Part shown: in pieces, positions 61,167 through 64,000 of the stretch | How the letters are laid out: each line of letters opens with the position of its first letter | How positions within the stretch are numbered: position 1 is the stretch's first letter | From: Bugula neritina | Lineage: Eukaryota; Animalia; Bryozoa | Assembly (NCBI GenBank): GCA_964035545.1 | Contig: OZ037768.1 | Coordinates: 20,691,700-20,755,699 of the forward strand | Length of the DNA: 64,000 bases | Reading direction: 5' to 3' | Translations under genes and position numbers: made by a program | Notes under the pieces: model-generated | Told to the model about the DNA's origin: nothing | What the model saw: the letters and a program-made list of their open reading frames with translations, nothing else | Database searches by the model: none

Positions 61167-63389
61167 CAAGTCAAACTTTGTTAAATTTTGTGGTAAACAT
61201 AATTTTTCGAAGATCTGTCATTTAAAAACAAACCACATTTCAAATAGCACTATTTCAATTTCTTGTTTGACTTTATAAACTAAACATAAATTGAATATTA
61301 TGAAAATAAAAATAAATATATTAAATGCATATGCTAATTCAGAATAAAAGAACTGAGTAAATGTTTCTGGCGAACAATCAGTTTTGAAACTGCAATAAAA
61401 CATATTTAAAGACCTATCAAATAGAAATTCAATGCCTGTTATTTATGGAGCTCTACAATCTCATTTCATCAAAATATAGCATAATATCTAATAGTAAAGT
61501 TTAACTTTTATTATAGAAATAAATTTTAATCGTAGACAGGCATTGTGTGACATTACATACCAACACTCTACTTATATGACCTAAAATACTTGAAGTAACT
61601 CAATGTCTCGAGAACATGAATCAAATACTTATACTGTGAAATGAATGCTCCTTCAGTCATTTGTTCAAATTTTGCACAGATATTTATAGTAAATCTGCAC
61701 AGCTGAATATTTTACCAACAGAAATGATGCCACTGGAATTGGAACTTACAAACTAGCGACTAGAACTAGGACTAACATTTCTGACACTCTGATATCCATT
61801 AACTTTTCAACATATTGTTGGCATCTGATAATAAAAAAATTTCAGTTAGTTTTGAAAATGCATTGTATAGGTACTACCTTGAGCCTATTACTATGAATAT
61901 ATATTATACTTGCGTGTGAAATTATTATATTACATTATATTATTATTATATTATATTAGCTTACCTTTTTCCTGTTACACTCTCTTATAGAAGATGAATT
62001 GTCTTATATCAAAATGTAACATGAAATAAATTGGCCATGCAATCAGTATCAAGTGCTCTTTCAATATAAGAGTATAGAATGCAGTGGTTGTATATTAAGC
62101 AGAGAATTTAGATCTAGCTCTGAATACAAAAGACTTTATTGTCCCCATTGAAATGTGAACTAATGAAGCAGAAGAAGAATTTTGTAGAAAATAATACATT
62201 ATATGTGGTTTATTAATTTTCAGCAACAAAAACTAAGTTTATATGTTTTATTATATATCCATTTTATTAAGCAGACCTCTAAATATCCGTAATGCTTTTA
62301 ATGCAAGCTGTTGTATTTTCATGCAAAATCAGTAAACTTTATATTTCAATTCAAGCATAATGTAAGTGTTTGCCAACATGTCATAATATACAAGATTTGT
62401 CTTCTCCTTACAGAACATTGGGCTTAGCACATAACTTGATTTTCTCTACCTTAAATCAGCCACAGTTATTGCTTTGTGGTAGCCATGCTGAAAGGGTGTG
62501 TATGTGATAATATAACAAGACAGGGAATCATGTCTACTGAGCTTATATTCTAATAAATTATATTAATTATAATGCGGGTGGTCTTTAATAATATAAACTA
62601 TAGTTGTATTGGTATTGTTCAAAAGCTGCTTTCTTTTGTTATGAATTTTTGTGTCATCAGCTATTTTTGCTTTCAGTTTAGCTTTTCTATATTTGCCTCA
62701 CTTACTTTTCTGTTTCATTTTCTGTTAGTCAGCAAGAATAGCTTCAATTTTGTATTTCTTATGAAAAAGAACATATAAACTTATAGACTATCTCAAAGAG
62801 TAAAAGCCTAAAACTCCCAAGTGGGTTATAATTGGTATGTATTTATTATTATATATTATTATTCATTTTCTTTGAATTTTTCTTACTGTACATTTTGTCA
62901 TTATTATTTATATTTTCCGTTTCAGGTTACAATAACTCTTATAATGTTTTCGAATAAACTAATTGAATTAGTACCATAACAGAACCCTTCTCATATTGCC
63001 CATACCTGCACACTAGTCTGCTGCATCTTCTTTAAACCCGAGTTGATCTCCTAAACAACGTTTAATAAAAATTTCAGTTGAAAACTTTCGAGTAATTATA
63101 TAACCAGGAATTATATAACGGGTTTAAAAATAGCCACATAATATAACATAACAACTTTTGTTTAGACTTATGAGCACTATAATAATCATGGCCAAATTAT
63201 CTTGACAAAATTATTTATAAATTAATATTGTAATATTTCATCAGTAAAGAGATTGCTTGTAAATTTTATGTTACAATAAGTATACAATTCATAATGAAAT
63301 GGAGTTAGTACAAGAAATGCCAATTCAGCTTTTATGACAAATTTAGTTATTATTTTTCTCAGCAAATATGTAGATTTTTAACATTTTAG

Positions 63390-64000
63390 TATATGCTAGC
63401 TGATGAAGTCATATTAAATCATGCTGCCCTAATTGACATCTGTTGATGAGCATTATGCTGCAGGGACTAAAGAGAGCTGCACGAACAGGCTTGTCTCTCT
63501 CTTCATCATGTACAACTTTAACTGCATGTTACATGCCCACTTGAAAATTGTAAAGTTCTATTGTCTATGAAAAGGAACATGACTGGATAGACGCTGACTT
63601 TATATAATGGCTGTAGGCAGCTGCATGGTAGACACAATGTTGACTTTACTAATAGAATCAGGAATTAATTAAATAAAAACAAACATTTAAAAGCCTGTGT
63701 GTTGCCTCAACAAATTCAATATTTATGCTGACTGCACAACCTCTTTTATTTTAAATACTAAAAGTTTAACATTGCATTGTTAACACAGTCTCTTTGACCC
63801 AGCAATATTAGCACTGCTTGTAGTACTAATAGATATTTGATCACAACAGTTGTTATAGTTTGTATCATATGACTATAGTTCCTTGTTCTTTTATATTTTA
63901 ATAGCTGATTGTTGTTTGAATGCTGGGTAAACACTATAGAGTATAGACCATCCACACTCTATAGGCCTACTTATTAAAATGTCTTGTAATAATAATGTAA
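63390..64000 (+). pseudogene. Degenerate tandem duplicate of the VPS53 last intron/exon boundary and downstream spacer
   Basis: TTATGCTGCAGGGACTAAAGAGAG (about 63454) matches the VPS53 last acceptor TTATGCTGCAGGGACTGAAGAGAG (about 58046). 63512-64000 is colinear with about 59140-59700. Confidence 0.8.

Overview
AT-rich invertebrate animal genomic DNA with spliceosomal introns; not prokaryotic, and no CRISPR, rRNA or intact tRNA. Host genes, left to right: the 3' exons of NDUFA12 (+); a three-finger Ly6/uPAR (quiver/sleepless-like) GPI-anchored gene (+) with up to three interchangeable signal-peptide exons; DHX38/PRP16 (-, about 25 coding exons, one GC-AG intron); an unnamed 288-aa, roughly 6-TM gene with a single coding exon (+, 22.1-22.9 kb); VPS53 (+, 18 coding exons); and an inverted, about 88% identical paralog of the TM gene (-, 60.0-60.8 kb). 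A degenerate tandem copy of the VPS53 3' end at 63.4-64 kb predicts a third paralog just outside the window. At 23.4-28.6 kb lies a triple-nested transposon (hAT > Academ > small TIR element) with readable target-site duplications. The most striking block is 30.3-46.9 kb, a gene-free, locally scrambled mosaic of dead transposon fragments. It contains piggyBac, Gypsy LTR+gag, a second gag, a zinc-finger ORF, Sola-like, Kolobok-like, hAT-like and RTE LINE pieces, and every orientable fragment is on the + strand. It sits next to a candidate leftward promoter divergent from VPS53, which is the architecture of a flamenco-like unistrand piRNA cluster (hypothesis). A second recurring theme is introns built from tandem copies of their own splice sites. 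All family assignments come from motif recognition by eye, not database searches.
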